Source of the DNA: the human T2T-CHM13v2.0 reference genome, Homo sapiens
Reading direction: 5' to 3' (one strand)
Assembly (NCBI RefSeq): GCF_009914755.1
Contig: NC_060925.1
Length of the DNA: 64,000 bases
The position numbers and the translations under genes were made by a program. The first letter of the stretch is position 1; the number at the start of each line of letters is the position of its first letter. Below, in pieces: positions 26,685 through 38,660 of this stretch. The notes beneath the pieces were generated by a model. That model was not told the DNA's origin. It worked only from the letters and a program-made list of their open reading frames with translations, and searched no databases.

Positions 26685-27521
26685 TGTAGGGGAGAAAAAA
26701 TATCTTTTCTTCTACCCTTCTAGGTTCTCAGTTATAAAACAGATTAACAAAAGAAAATCATATACATTTATTCAATATAAGTTTTATGTGACACAGGAGA
26801 CTTCATAAGGAAATGAAGACCAGAAGAAACAGTTAAACCCAAGTGTTTTTATAGTAAGTTTGATGAAGAGTGGAGAGTTGTGGAAAAATGTGATAGGACA
26901 AAGGATATCAGCTATGAGTAGTAAACTGAAGGAAACTTAGCAAGGCTTATTCCTTCAGGTTTCTCTTGTCCTTCCTCCATCTTCAGAGATAAGGATGTGC
27001 TTTTCATCCCAGTATAGAAAGGGTTCCTCTCACATGAAGGTCTTCTGACCTGCTTCAGGGGAAGGTCATTGATATCGTTTGGCTGTGTCCCCACCCAAAT
27101 CTCATCTTGAACAGTAGCTCGCATATGGGAGGGACCTGGTGTGAAGTAATTGAATCACGGGGGCAGGTTTTCTCATGCTGTCCTCACAATAGTGAATAAG
27201 TCTCATGAGATCTGATGATTTTATAAAGGGCAGTTCCCCTGTACATGCTCTCTTGACTGCCTCCATGTAAGACACACCTTTGCTCCTCCTTCACCTTCCA
27301 GCATGATCATGATGTGTCCTCAGCTATGTGGAACTTTGAGTCCATTAAACCTCTTTTTCTTTATAAATTACCAAGCCTTGGGTATTTCTTCATAGCACTA
27401 TGAAAACAGACTAATACAGTCACAGAGTCCTTCCTGTACCCACCATTTCTCAAATTCCTTCTTACAATATTCAATATGTCAAGGTGTTATATTGTAGGCA
27501 AGCACATCCTGAACCTCGTCA
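26685..27521 (-). mobile_element. MER34A-like ERV1 solo LTR, split by THE1B
   Basis: Reverse complement starts TGACGAGGTTCAGGA...TTGACATATTGAATATT...GGAATTTGAGAAA, continues TGACCTTCCCCTGAAGCAGGTC...CATCCTTATCTCTGAAG; flanks GCCC/GCTC. Confidence 0.8.
27070..27418 (+). mobile_element. THE1B-like MaLR solo LTR
   Basis: TGATATCGTTTGGCTGTGTCCCCACCCAAATCTCATC...ACAGACTAATACA; TSD GTCAT/GTCAC. Confidence 0.93.
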
Positions 27522-27652
27522 GCTCAGAGCATTGCCCATTTGCCTTTTCTCTGCTCTTACCCACTCCATCCTGGAAGACTTCCTTGGTTGGCTAAGTCCA
27601 AGGCATAAGATCATTGTGGAAAAGCTACCTTTTTGTGACAAAGAAAACTCAC

Positions 27653-27683
<31 letters not shown>

Positions 27684-27769
27684 GCTTACCTCTTTACTTT
27701 CCAATGTCCTGATGACACAATTGAACCAAGTGCTTAGTTGAGCAAGCAGCAATCAGCTGTGAAGCCTGG

Positions 27770-27990
27770 GTCAGTGTAGTGTGGAGCTATGAACTAGAAC
27801 AAACTCTAGCCCCACAAAAATAAAATTTAAATCCCAGCTCTTCCATTTGTTAGCTATTTTAATTTCACAAGTTATTCTATTTCTCTAAGCCTCAATTTCC
27901 TCATTTGTAAAATGAGAATAGTAATATCTGCTTTACTGGGGCTATTGTGAAGATTAAATGTGACAGTGCATGTGAAAATGTTTATTTAAC
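27770..27990 (+). mobile_element. MIR SINE
   Basis: CTAAGCCTCAATTTCCTCATTTGTAAAATGAGAATAGTAAT...GTGAAGATTAAATG. Confidence 0.8.
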
Positions 27991-30025
27991 CTTTATTATG
28001 TTTGTAACATGTGTTTACCTCCATTTCTGCCAATGCTACCTGCTACCCCCCTTCCCCCACCACACACACCTATTATTTCAAATTATTTCTCCTTTCTTCC
28101 AGGAGAAAACAAAAAAATCCAAATGTGTCTTCAAACATGGCCAGAATGAGGTAGGTGAGCTGGAGGGAAGTAAATCAAAATAGCCCAAGCAGAAAACCAA
28201 CCTGATACTTCACAGTACTGTCTCCTTCTTAGACTTTCAGCCATCCCCTGACCTTCCCGTTGGACTGGGACACCCTCCCTGGACACACCAAGAAGTCCAC
28301 ATTTGGCCAACCTGGCTGACAGTGAAGCTGTGGGGAGCTTTGCAAACCCCCATAAACATATGCAATTAAGCCCCTAAAAGCTCTTAGGCTTATTGCCCAG
28401 TAAACTCACAATGAATAGCAACCTTAATAAATGTTATAAATCTCACCTCAGAGCCAACAGGAAATTCAAACTTTTGCATGCGTGGGAGCCAAAGTGCTGC
28501 TGAAACAAAAGGGAGGTGTGTGGACAAGGAGAACATTGTACTCCATCCTCCTTTCCCCTGGCAGCACCAGAGCGCCCCAGGCCTGGGAAAGGCCCTTAAT
28601 TGTATTTTGTGAGGCAGTTCTCTGGCCACCTCACTCCTCCCTTCCTTCACCTGCCTTAACTCTTTCCTGTCCCAGTGGCCCAAGAGCCAATCCACACATA
28701 CACATCTCCTACTGACTGAAATAAGTGATGGAAATATTTGATGGGGCCAAATCATGGACAAGGTGCTTTCTTTATATCAATGTTTTAGTCTGAAACAATT
28801 TTAGAAACTTAATTAAAGCCTAAAATTGAAATTTAAACTCAGTGCCATAAAAAAGGGAAAGGAGTATCAAAGAAGAGAAACCACTGGATATTTTGATCCA
28901 CACCCTGACAAAAGGGTGTTAGTTTTAATAAACAGTCACAATTTGGGGCTGTTATGAACCATAAGGCACACTCCTGGCCATGTTTCCAATTTCCTCTCCT
29001 GCCTTTACTGCCGTTATATTAAGGTCTGTGGTGAGGTAAAATGTTTATTAAAAAAGGTGAGGAGAGCAATATTCCAGATTAGATTATTTTACCTGTTCTA
29101 ACTATTTGCCAGCCAGTCAGAGATCTTCACCATAGGTTTAAGAGAGGCAGCCCTCCAACCTCTGGGGTTGAGGGAGGGTGAGTCTGTGGTTACAAAGTGA
29201 ATGTAGATTAGGCCATTTTAATTACTGACTGTAACTGAAAATGGCATACATTTTCCATCACAGAGGGGCAAATACGTGCATCTAGAGCCGCCTCCATGAT
29301 GGAGTTAATTACACTGGGATTGAAAAACGTCTCAGGAGCAATGAGCAATGAGGATTGGGTGATAGAACAGTCTTCAGAGAAGGAGCCCTTCATTTCATGA
29401 AGGGTTAAAATGGGGGAGTCTTTGAGGTGGCTTCACATGGAAATAATTTTTTTTTTTCTTCAAAGGCCCAATTCATATAGAACCCTTTGAAAATAAAATA
29501 CAGAAAAATGCTCATCATGTTGGAAATTACCTAGAACACAGCACATTCTTCACAGCAAAATCCCATTAATGCAACGTATTTCTTTGATTCTCTGGGGGCT
29601 TTCTTTAAGACAATAGGCTTCCTTACAGTGAGTCCTCAGGGACTTCCAAATCCTTTGTTTCTGAATTTCTCTAAATGTGGGAGTTGCTGAAAAGTACTTT
29701 TATATATTGAATGAATTGTCTTTATTCCCCAACCTTAACCTTGTTCCCTTATACACTTTCTTTTCCTTCTTTCATGTTGGTAGATATATGATGCCTCTAT
29801 TCCAAGCCAATATGATAAGTGGGCTTTTGTTAAAGAGTGTTATCAAGGTTTAGGATTTGCTACTTGACCTATGGGGTAGCCAGCTCTGTGTAATAATAAG
29901 CTGTATTATAACAGCTCTATAGAATTTATTTCAGAAACATAGGCTTTTATATACTTAACACAAGTACTGTATTGAATTATCCCACATTCAGATACACAGG
30001 GCTTCCTTACGCGAACATACCCTAG

Positions 30026-30340
30026 GCCAGGGTCCCAGTAGAAATATAATGCACATCACAAATGCAAACCACATCAAGTAATTTTAAGTTTTCTAGTGGC
30101 CATATTAAAAAACATAAAAAGACACAGGTGAAATTAATTTTAATATGTGCTGTAACCCAACACACCAAAATATTTAACATATAGATATCACAAAAATTTA
30201 CTGAGATTTTTTTTTTTATTTTTTGTCATATAAAGTCTTTGAAGTCGTTTTGTATTTTAAACTTCCAGCACATCTTAATTTGGACCAGCCACACTTCGAA
30301 TGCTCACTGGTCACTGTGGTTACCAAGTTAAGCAGTGTAG
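30026..30340. mobile_element. MER33 hAT-Charlie element
   Basis: AGTAGAAATATAATGC...TTTTCTAGTGGCCATATTAAAAAAC...ACAGGTGAAATTAATTTTAATA...CAGCACATCTTAATTTGGACCAGCCACA. Confidence 0.88.
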
Positions 30341-31686
30341 CCTGAAACTCTCAAAATCTCTAATTCTTCAGGGAGTTGAGCTGACTCCATCATTCCCTTT
30401 ATTAGCTTGGGTGTATCTGTATCTCAGCACTACCATTTTCCTATCCACTGCATCTGCTTTGAAACCTCGCATGTCCTATATGATCTGAGTAAACCCAGGT
30501 GTCTATCTTGTAACAACAGACCCTTGTGGTTTCCAGTGAGAGGAACCTGATACTTTCCAGTGTTTACTCCGAGCACATAAAGTCCTCATCTTTTAGGATG
30601 CCTGTTTTCTTCATGTGTGTTCACAGAAGTGCCAATCCACACATGGAAATTACCACAGAGAAGAGGGGCTCCTACCACAGGAGACAAAAAGAACCATCCA
30701 CATTCTGTAATTGGGGTTCTGATTAAGGCACGGCACCCGTTTCCACCTCCACTCATCTCTATCTTATTCCTTCAGGGCAGTTTGGGCTTGCGGAGACTCC
30801 CCTAGTCTTCTGCAACATGTTCAGTCTGACAGGCTGTCACCATAAGTAGGTAATTCAACACTGTCTTCACCTTGAGATAATCAAGAACTCTGGGGGTAGC
30901 TTTTAAGTACAAACTTTAAAATGTATATTAAGTTCCAAAAACATATGTTTCTTCCTTTCAGTCACCCTGCCCCACCCCAAAAAAGCATTACAAATATTTC
31001 CGTAATTGTTTCCCTAGAAAAGACTTTTCATAGACCACTAATGTGATCTTTAAAATCTCTATCAGTATAAAGAAATATGTTTTCCCACTTTTATAGGGTT
31101 AAAGTGCTGGAAAGTTTTAGAGAATGAACAATGAGGTGGAGGGACAGTAAGCAAATGGACTTTGGGGCAGCTCATTTCCAAATTTCTGCTCTTAGAAAAA
31201 TAAAATTCCTAAGGTATTCTATAAAAATATTCTAACCCACGACTAGACTCAAGTTATGCTTATAGCCCTGCTACTTCGGAAGCCTGTTCTTCTAAAGAGG
31301 ACCTTTTGATATCATATTTCTCAAAATACTCGATCTGCTTAGCAAAGATCTCAGCATATTAGTTGTCTGTGAAAGAAAGTTCATGCGAAAAAAGAGCCAA
31401 GAATAACTACAGCAGTGGGTGGAAATTCAGATTTAGTGGGAAAAGTATTCATAGGCTCCTAGATGCCTGTATTGTTTGTCAATTTTATACAGCATTCTAT
31501 TTTCCTTTCAGTTGTTATACAACTATTGATAATTAGTACTTAAATAATTGGACCCATTTTTGTTATAAAGAAAACATAAAAAATGAAGTTTAATTTTTAG
31601 TACATCTTTCCTCCCTCTTAGTTACACATGTCTGGGTACATGCCATTATAACCAGTAGAGCCATTATACAAGATGCCAACACTCAC

Positions 31687-31715
31687 CTGGCAGCAACTAC
31701 CTAAATACGCAGGCA
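31687..31715 (-). other. Candidate short internal exon (29 nt, or 14 nt from the inner AG) of an unidentified transcript
   Basis: Minus strand: ~37-nt pure pyrimidine tract, then ...GGCGCAG or ...TATTTAG acceptor, then CAG|GTGAGT donor. Confidence 0.3.
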
Positions 31716-32134
31716 CTGCGCCAACCAGAAAAAGAAAGAAGAGAAAAGAAAAGAAAAAGAAAAGACCTAGCACTACAAACCTGAAGCCATAAAGCCACTG
31801 TGGATGCCACAAAGTGCAGCCTCAAACTATCTTGCTGGCCAAGATTTCTGCTGTGTTCTGAGCTGGGTAAATACTGCCAGGCCCAGATAATAGGTCTTTG
31901 TTCAGGCACAGACTACAGGGGGTTTCCAGGTGAGTAGAGAACTCATGACTCTGAGACTGCTTGGGTGGCACAGACCTCGTCTTCTCCTCGTTCATCCTGC
32001 CTGCTGAGCCATAATGCCTAAGCCATGCAACTGCAAATGTCCTGAGGCACTTTGAAGACAGTGAATTAAATAAGAATTATACTTGTCTGAAGATCATATT
32101 ATGTTTTCATGTTAAAAAAAAGATCTCACAGTGA

Positions 32135-32620
32135 AAAAAACCTGGAGGAAACGTAAATGTCTATTACTAAAGGCAAGAAGCCAGTCTGAAAAGGCTACAT
32201 ATTGTATGAATCCAAATATATGGCGCTCTGGAAAAAGTAAAACTACGGAGACAGTAAAAAGATCAGTGACTACTGGGGGTTAGGGGAGGGAGGGATAAAT
32301 ACATAGAGCACAGAGGGTTTTCAGAGCAACTCTGTGTGATACTCCAATAGTGATACCTGCCATTATACATTTATCCACATCTGCAGAATGTACAACAGCA
32401 AGAGTGAATCTTAATGTAAACTGTGGACTTTGGGTGGTTATAATGTGTCAATATAGGTTCATCAATCGTAATGAAATACCATTCTGGTGGAGAATGTTGA
32501 AAATGAGGGAGGCTAGGCATGTGTGGAGGCAGGAGTGTATGGGAAATCTCTGTACCTTCCTTTCAATTTTGCCATGAACATAAAACTACTCTAAAAAGAA
32601 TTTTCCTTAAATTGAAAAAA
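32135..32620 (+). mobile_element. L1MC1-like 3' end
   Basis: GAAGCCAGTCTGAAAAGGCTACAT...GGAAAAAGTAAAACTACGGAGACAGTAAAAAGATCAGTG...GGGAAATCTCTGTACCTTCC. Confidence 0.88.
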
Positions 32621-34869
32621 GTATATATCTTATCTATCAACTAAAGGAATTTTACATGCGAAGAAATCAAGGTTTAGAGAGAATAATTGAGTCGTATAAG
32701 ATCATAAATTTAACCAGTGTCAGAGTTAGTACTACAGTATTGCAGAAATTTGTTGGGAAATGGAAGTAATGGAAGTAAATTGAGGCATACCATGCAAGAA
32801 GCAGCTTGTGGCTCTTGTTTTCTTTGGTGAGTTCATGTTATTGTGAAAGCAAACTGCTTCTTGCTGACTATCAAATAGCTAGGTGGCCAGGAATGGTTAA
32901 ATTTCTTGTCTTTCAATTAAATGGGAAAAATCTGTGCCACAAATATGGTTGTGAATCTTGGTTTTTCTTGTCATATTCAACTTCATGAGCAAAGAGAATG
33001 TGTCTCTCTTCTCTCATTCTGTCCCGTCTCCAGCACAGTGCCTGGTACATTACAGAGTCTCAATAAACAGGTTCTGAATGAAAGAATGGATAAATGAATC
33101 AATAAGGGAATGAGTCCTTGGAATGAGGTCTCTTTGCAGCAGAGATGTGCCTTTCTTTACATATTCATTCCATTTTTGTAAATGTATTGGCCGGCCTGAT
33201 TTTGTTAACACACATGATACACTCTTACTTAGTATTGCATCAGCTTTTTACCTACATTTTCAATAGCCAGTCTAAGTCATCAATGATCTAAACCAGACAC
33301 AGACAACCACAGATGGAGCTCAATTCAGAGGATCTTCTAAAAGTAAAATATTCTTCATGTGGTGGGGAGGACTAATAACCCCTCAGATATCTGATTTGTG
33401 AGTGTGGATACATGTATGTACTTTTATTGTTGTTTGAATTGCTGGAGTCATCTGTTCAAAGGGAAAAGATAGCTACCACCAACAAAGAACAAAAGTGACA
33501 CCTCTGAAGGCTCTTAGGCCCTCCAGTAGTTGTGACAAGTGATTAAAAGCGGAGCGGGGCTACGCCTCAGGAACTCTTGTTCTCAGCTGCTCCCCTTGAA
33601 CCCTGGGAGACTTGGTTTGCCATCAATTCTGCACAAAGTGAGGCTGTATTTTTCAACTGAGAGGCAGTCAGGGGGACAGAGACAAACACCTTGGTACGTC
33701 AACCTTGAAGTACCACCTGGAGGGCGAGGGCCTTTCACAGTTTAATAGTGGACGGAATGTTATGGTGATAATCTGGGTCAGGTGGTGACTGAAGCAGTCA
33801 CAGATCCTGAAACAACAGATGTCACAGTGACAGCTGTAATATCCAAGACTTATTTTTCTCCTTCAGCAGCAGAACCAAATAACAGGTAACAGATCTGATC
33901 CTACAGAGGAAGCACCACCTTTCCTTTATTAGTTTGCTCACTTTGGCTGTGCAATATTAACTCCTTACACCATGTGTGCTAAATTTCAAGCTGTGCAAAA
34001 TTTCCTTAAGATACAAAGTGGAACATATGGTGCTAAAGGTAGACCTTTAATAGCTAATTTTTTAAAAAAGTTGCATGTTGGCATTCCTTCCGCCAAATTC
34101 TCCTTGGTTCCCACTGAGAAAAATTATCTCCCTTTTAAAAGCCTACTGGCAAATTGGTAGACAACTACTGACAAAGTAGCTCTCTATCAATAGTGTGACG
34201 TCCAGAATATCATGATTATAAATATGCCACAGAATTTTTAAATGGCCCAATATATTGGATAGACTATGAGACTATAAATTTCATTGATTTATAAAGTATA
34301 TAGAGTGGTTTTACAATATTAAACAATAAACAGATAAAACAGTGTCTAGCATAATACCTGACATAGTAGACACTCAATAATATTAAACAAATGAATAGTG
34401 TGTGATCCAAGACTGCTTCTGGAGCTTTAGGTGACTGCGTCATTGCTCTTCAGTGTTTATTACTTGCCCCGCCTTTTCTTAAACCTTTAATACCATTCTA
34501 CCTCTGTCTATATATACCTTGCTAATTAATCCTGTCCTAAATAACATGATACACTGTATTTTTATTTGTTTGTGTTTAAAATATATAGGGTGCAATAAAA
34601 GTAAAGTAAATGCCACAAGTTAAAAGAACTCTTAAGGAGTAACAAAAGGAAAAACGTAATTTAAACTCGACTTCCAAATGCCTTCCCTGTCAGAAAAACA
34701 GCTTCTTGTTTCTCAACTGGTGTGGAACGGAATAACTGTCCACTGCTGAGTGTCTCTGTGTTCCGGCCAGGGGCTTTGTGTCATCTTTTGGGGCCGATCA
34801 CAAGCCCCTCTGAAACTTGCTGTCACATTGTCACCTCACCCTCAAATTGCTTGAGTAGCTGTATCACAA

Positions 34870-35266
34870 TAATATAGTTTATATCCTCACCAAATCTCAT
34901 GTTGAATAATAATCCCAATAATGGAGGTGGGGATCTGGTGGCAAGGGATTAGATCATGGGGGCATAGCCCTCATGAATGGCTTAGCACAATCCCCTTGGT
35001 AAGGAGTGAGTTCACACAAGATCTAGTTGTTTAAAAGTATGTGATACCTCCTGCTCTCTCTCTTGCTCCTGCCTTTACTATGTGATGTGGCTGCCTCCAC
35101 CTCACCATCCACCAGGGAGGCTTCCTGTGGCCTCCCAAGAAGCTGAGCAGATGCCAGTGCCATGCTTGTACAGCCTGCAGAACCATGAGCCAATTAAACC
35201 TCTTTCCTTTGTAAATTACACAGTTTCAAATATTTCTTTACAGCAACACAAGAATGGCCCAACACA
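34870..35266 (+). mobile_element. MSTB-like MaLR solo LTR
   Basis: CAAATCTCATGTTGAA...CCCTCATGAATGGCTTAGCAC...CAGCCTGCAGAACCATGAGCCAATTAAACCTCTTT. Confidence 0.9.
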
Positions 35267-36659
35267 CATGGCATTCTTTTCTTATCACAAGCTTGTCTAG
35301 ATTAGTAGAGCTCATTCCAGAGGCACTTTCTCTACCAGTCCCAGAAAAATGGGGCTAAAGTTTTGGAATTATGACTCAGGGCTCATGGTCATTCTAGCTT
35401 CCCACTGGTGGAAGTGAGGAGATAACTGGTAAAGACATGGCCTCATGTCAATGATCGTTATTCTCATGAATACAAGAGCATTATTCTCATGCTCTATTTG
35501 AGCACCTGCTATTTGCTGGGCGCTGGAGACATAAACAAGTGGAAAGCACTGTGTTTCCTTAGGAAACTTAGAAATGTACACTGGCAGATAACTGACAACA
35601 TAAGGTAGTTCATGAAAAACAGTCCGAATCGATGATACAGACAATAATTGCTGGAGGTGGACATGGATGTCATAGAATGGAGCAATTGAGCACAACATCC
35701 AGAAGATACAGGAGAAAAATAAGCAGGTTGAGACCAGAATCCTGAAGGAGAAAAACCATAAAATGCCAAAAAGGTTTAATTTCATTTGAAATCAAAGTAA
35801 AAACCCTGAAAGCAAGAGTAAAGATTTTTATATTCATACCTAACCTATTCTAAACCAAGCAGTATGAGGAACCTCACAAGAACAAGTTTGATTGCATGTG
35901 ATTGACAGGGTAGAAACTTTCAAATAATGTTGGAAAAATTCCTGAACTTCTGGGAGAGTCTCTGACACCAGCCCCTCCTTCCTACCTGTGGGTGGCCCAA
36001 TCTAATCGTATGAGCGATTAGAACTTGATGTGGCAGGTCACCACCTAGGTGAGTCCTAGAAATATAACCAAACATGTAGTGTTAAGAACAGAGAAGGAGA
36101 AGGAAAGAAAAAAAAAAAAACCCAGAGAAATCCTCTGTGGGATGAAACCCAATTTTAAGCCTCTAGAGCATAGAAAAGCCCCACTATTCATTAAGGGAGG
36201 TCCCACCAGCTATTTTCTCAGGCAGCTTGTATTCACATTAATGAATGAAAGAGAGAATTTTAATGTGCACCTCTGAGAGAAATAAGACCCCCAAAAAGTT
36301 CATTCCCTAGATCCCTCTGGGTTTTTTTTCCCCTTTTCCCTTTTCCAGTGCATAGTAATGAGGTTTCCTGGTTTTGTCAAGGCAAAGCAGGAGAAGTCGG
36401 GTTCTGCCTTCACAGACATTCAGCACCAGACAGCTTTCCTTTATCTGTAGCCTATTACTTCTTCCTGTGCTTCTAACTCAGACCCAGCCTCAGGCTCTGT
36501 CCCAGGGGGAAGGGGGTCTGGAAACACACACCTCTCTGGCTGGGCTAGGGGGAGCCCAGGCCACTCATGGGAAGATCCTGATCATCCCTTTGGTACAAAT
36601 CTCCAAACACATCCCAATCTTGTCTCCCAGTGATTGATCCTGGTGTCTTTAACCTTCCT

Positions 36660-36674
36660 CCCTCCCTCCCTCCC
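36660..36674 (-). other. (GGGA)3GGG potential G-quadruplex
   Basis: CCCTCCCTCCCTCCC on the + strand. Confidence 0.5.
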
Positions 36675-37558
36675 TCCTAATCAAAGAATACTTCTGCCTG
36701 ACATTGTAAGAAAGGCTTAATAACTGGAGGTCAGTATGTCAATCTTATTTGCCCTGAAATATCCCTGAACTTGTGGAAATTCATATTTGTTTATGTTATA
36801 AATGCACTAAATGAGCTAATTATAGTGATCATAACTCACAATTAAAAACAAACACAGTTAGAAATTTCAAAGACTTTCAATATCTTTTCTTTAATCATTC
36901 ACCCAGGCTCAAAATATGCATTTTTTAGATTAAAGCATTAAAGTTGCTAATTATATTCTCAGAACTAACAATTATTTCTTTACCCTTTTACTACCTTCTT
37001 CTGGCAACAAAAAATGTCAGAGCTGATTTAATTTTTTGTTATTATAGGATTAAAAGAAGTTTCTAAAAATGCAATTAAATTCGCCCTATAGCTAGAGTAA
37101 CTTCCCTATCAGCATCCAAAACCTCTTCCCTAAAACAACAGCATAAAAAATGATTCAGACTTCCTTGACTTTTCTGATACATTCCTTCGGTGATTATCTC
37201 CAATAACAACTCAACCATTTTAATGAAACTCCCTGCACATCACGTCCTGGTGAAAGGTAGAACATATTAGATTAATAAAGAAAATGCAAGTTAAATTGGC
37301 TGTTGGAGTGTGAAGCCCTGCCCGTGTCATGCATGGGTTCTTCACCTTTGGGAGCCTAGTTCAACTTCAGCCTGAGGCCCTAAGTGAAAAGTTCAGTAGT
37401 CTTGAGTACGTCCCCACTTAATATATCACAAAATCAATTATTTTATGGTGGTACACTTGGTAACCTATGCTCAGACAGAATCAAGTTTTGTTCCCACTGG
37501 GGATTCATCAATTATCTATTCAGTGAATTATTTTCAGATAAAGCAGAAACACCTGCTG

Positions 37559-37572
37559 TCAGCAGAGGGAGT
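37559..37572 (+). promoter_or_regulatory. CTCF-like motif
   Basis: TCAGCAGAGGGAGT in unique sequence. Confidence 0.35.
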
Positions 37573-38429
37573 ATCTGCCTAATATGGGTATCATTCTGAG
37601 CCTGACATGTTATTGCATTTGTCACGTGCAGGATGGCACTGTGAGACTTTGGATGGATTTATCACATTACCGAGATGCTTGATGGGACATTGGAGCATGA
37701 TTCAGTGCCCAAAGTTAGAGCTAAAATGCTGTAGCAAAGAGATCCAAAATGAAGCCACATAAAAATTGGGGAAGGGGGTAATCAAGTGTGCAAATGCTGC
37801 AACTCATCTGTCTTGCCTTATTTCCAATAAGTCAGCACAAATAAAAATTGTGATCATTCAGCACAATTTCCTGTTACTGGCTATTGACCTGGGCCAGATT
37901 CAAAGTAGGAACCAAAGAAGGGCTCCACGGACTTTGATTCCAAGACTGGAACAAAGGTCAGGCCTGAGACAAGCATAGTTTATGAGGACTACTACCCCTA
38001 ACCGTTTACCTAGTGGGACTTTGATTCTTTCAGCATCTCTCTTTTCCTTCTCAGAAGTCAGTCAATCTCAAAACACCGATGGCATTTATTTTTCTGTTTT
38101 GCAAAATTAACAATATCTGAAACTGAAACAAAAGAACAAACACAACAAGGTATCTCTACAAGCTCACCTGCATTTCAAAATCTCAAAGTTGTAACCCATG
38201 AATGCCAGGTCTCATGACAGATCAGTCCAGAAGCATGTGTGGAACATCTAGTACCGCATGCAGAGTACTATTTGGCCTTACAGAAAGAACAGGAAAGGAT
38301 TAGCAAAGGCTGAGTAACATGATACTGACATATTGATGTGTTCCTTTTATTATTATATACTTCACTGGAATAATTGCCTATCAAAAGCGCAAAGTGAGAA
38401 GCCATGGAGAAAAGTATCATTTCCTGGTC

Positions 38430-38660
38430 ATGAGCAAAGTTTCTTGAATCAGACAGATCTGGATTCAAATGCTAGATCTACCCAATTATTAGCTATGTCA
38501 TATCAAGCATTTATTAAATTACTTAAGCCTTAGCTCCTTTACTTTCAAAATGAGACTAGTGGCTTATAAGGTTACCATGGGGATTATTAATAATATATAT
38601 AAAGGTTTTGCATGATACTCATCACATAGTAAATATTCTGAAATTTTTACCTGCTCTTTT
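38430..38660 (+). mobile_element. MIR SINE
   Basis: TGAATCAGACAGATCTGGATTCAAAT...TTAGCTATGT...AAAATGAG. Confidence 0.7.

Noticed and set aside
31687-31725. miR-196-like sequence TAGGTAGTT in a minus-strand hairpin
   Set aside because: The match is limited to 9 nt, lies on the wrong arm and the stem (~40 nt) is too short for a pre-miRNA.
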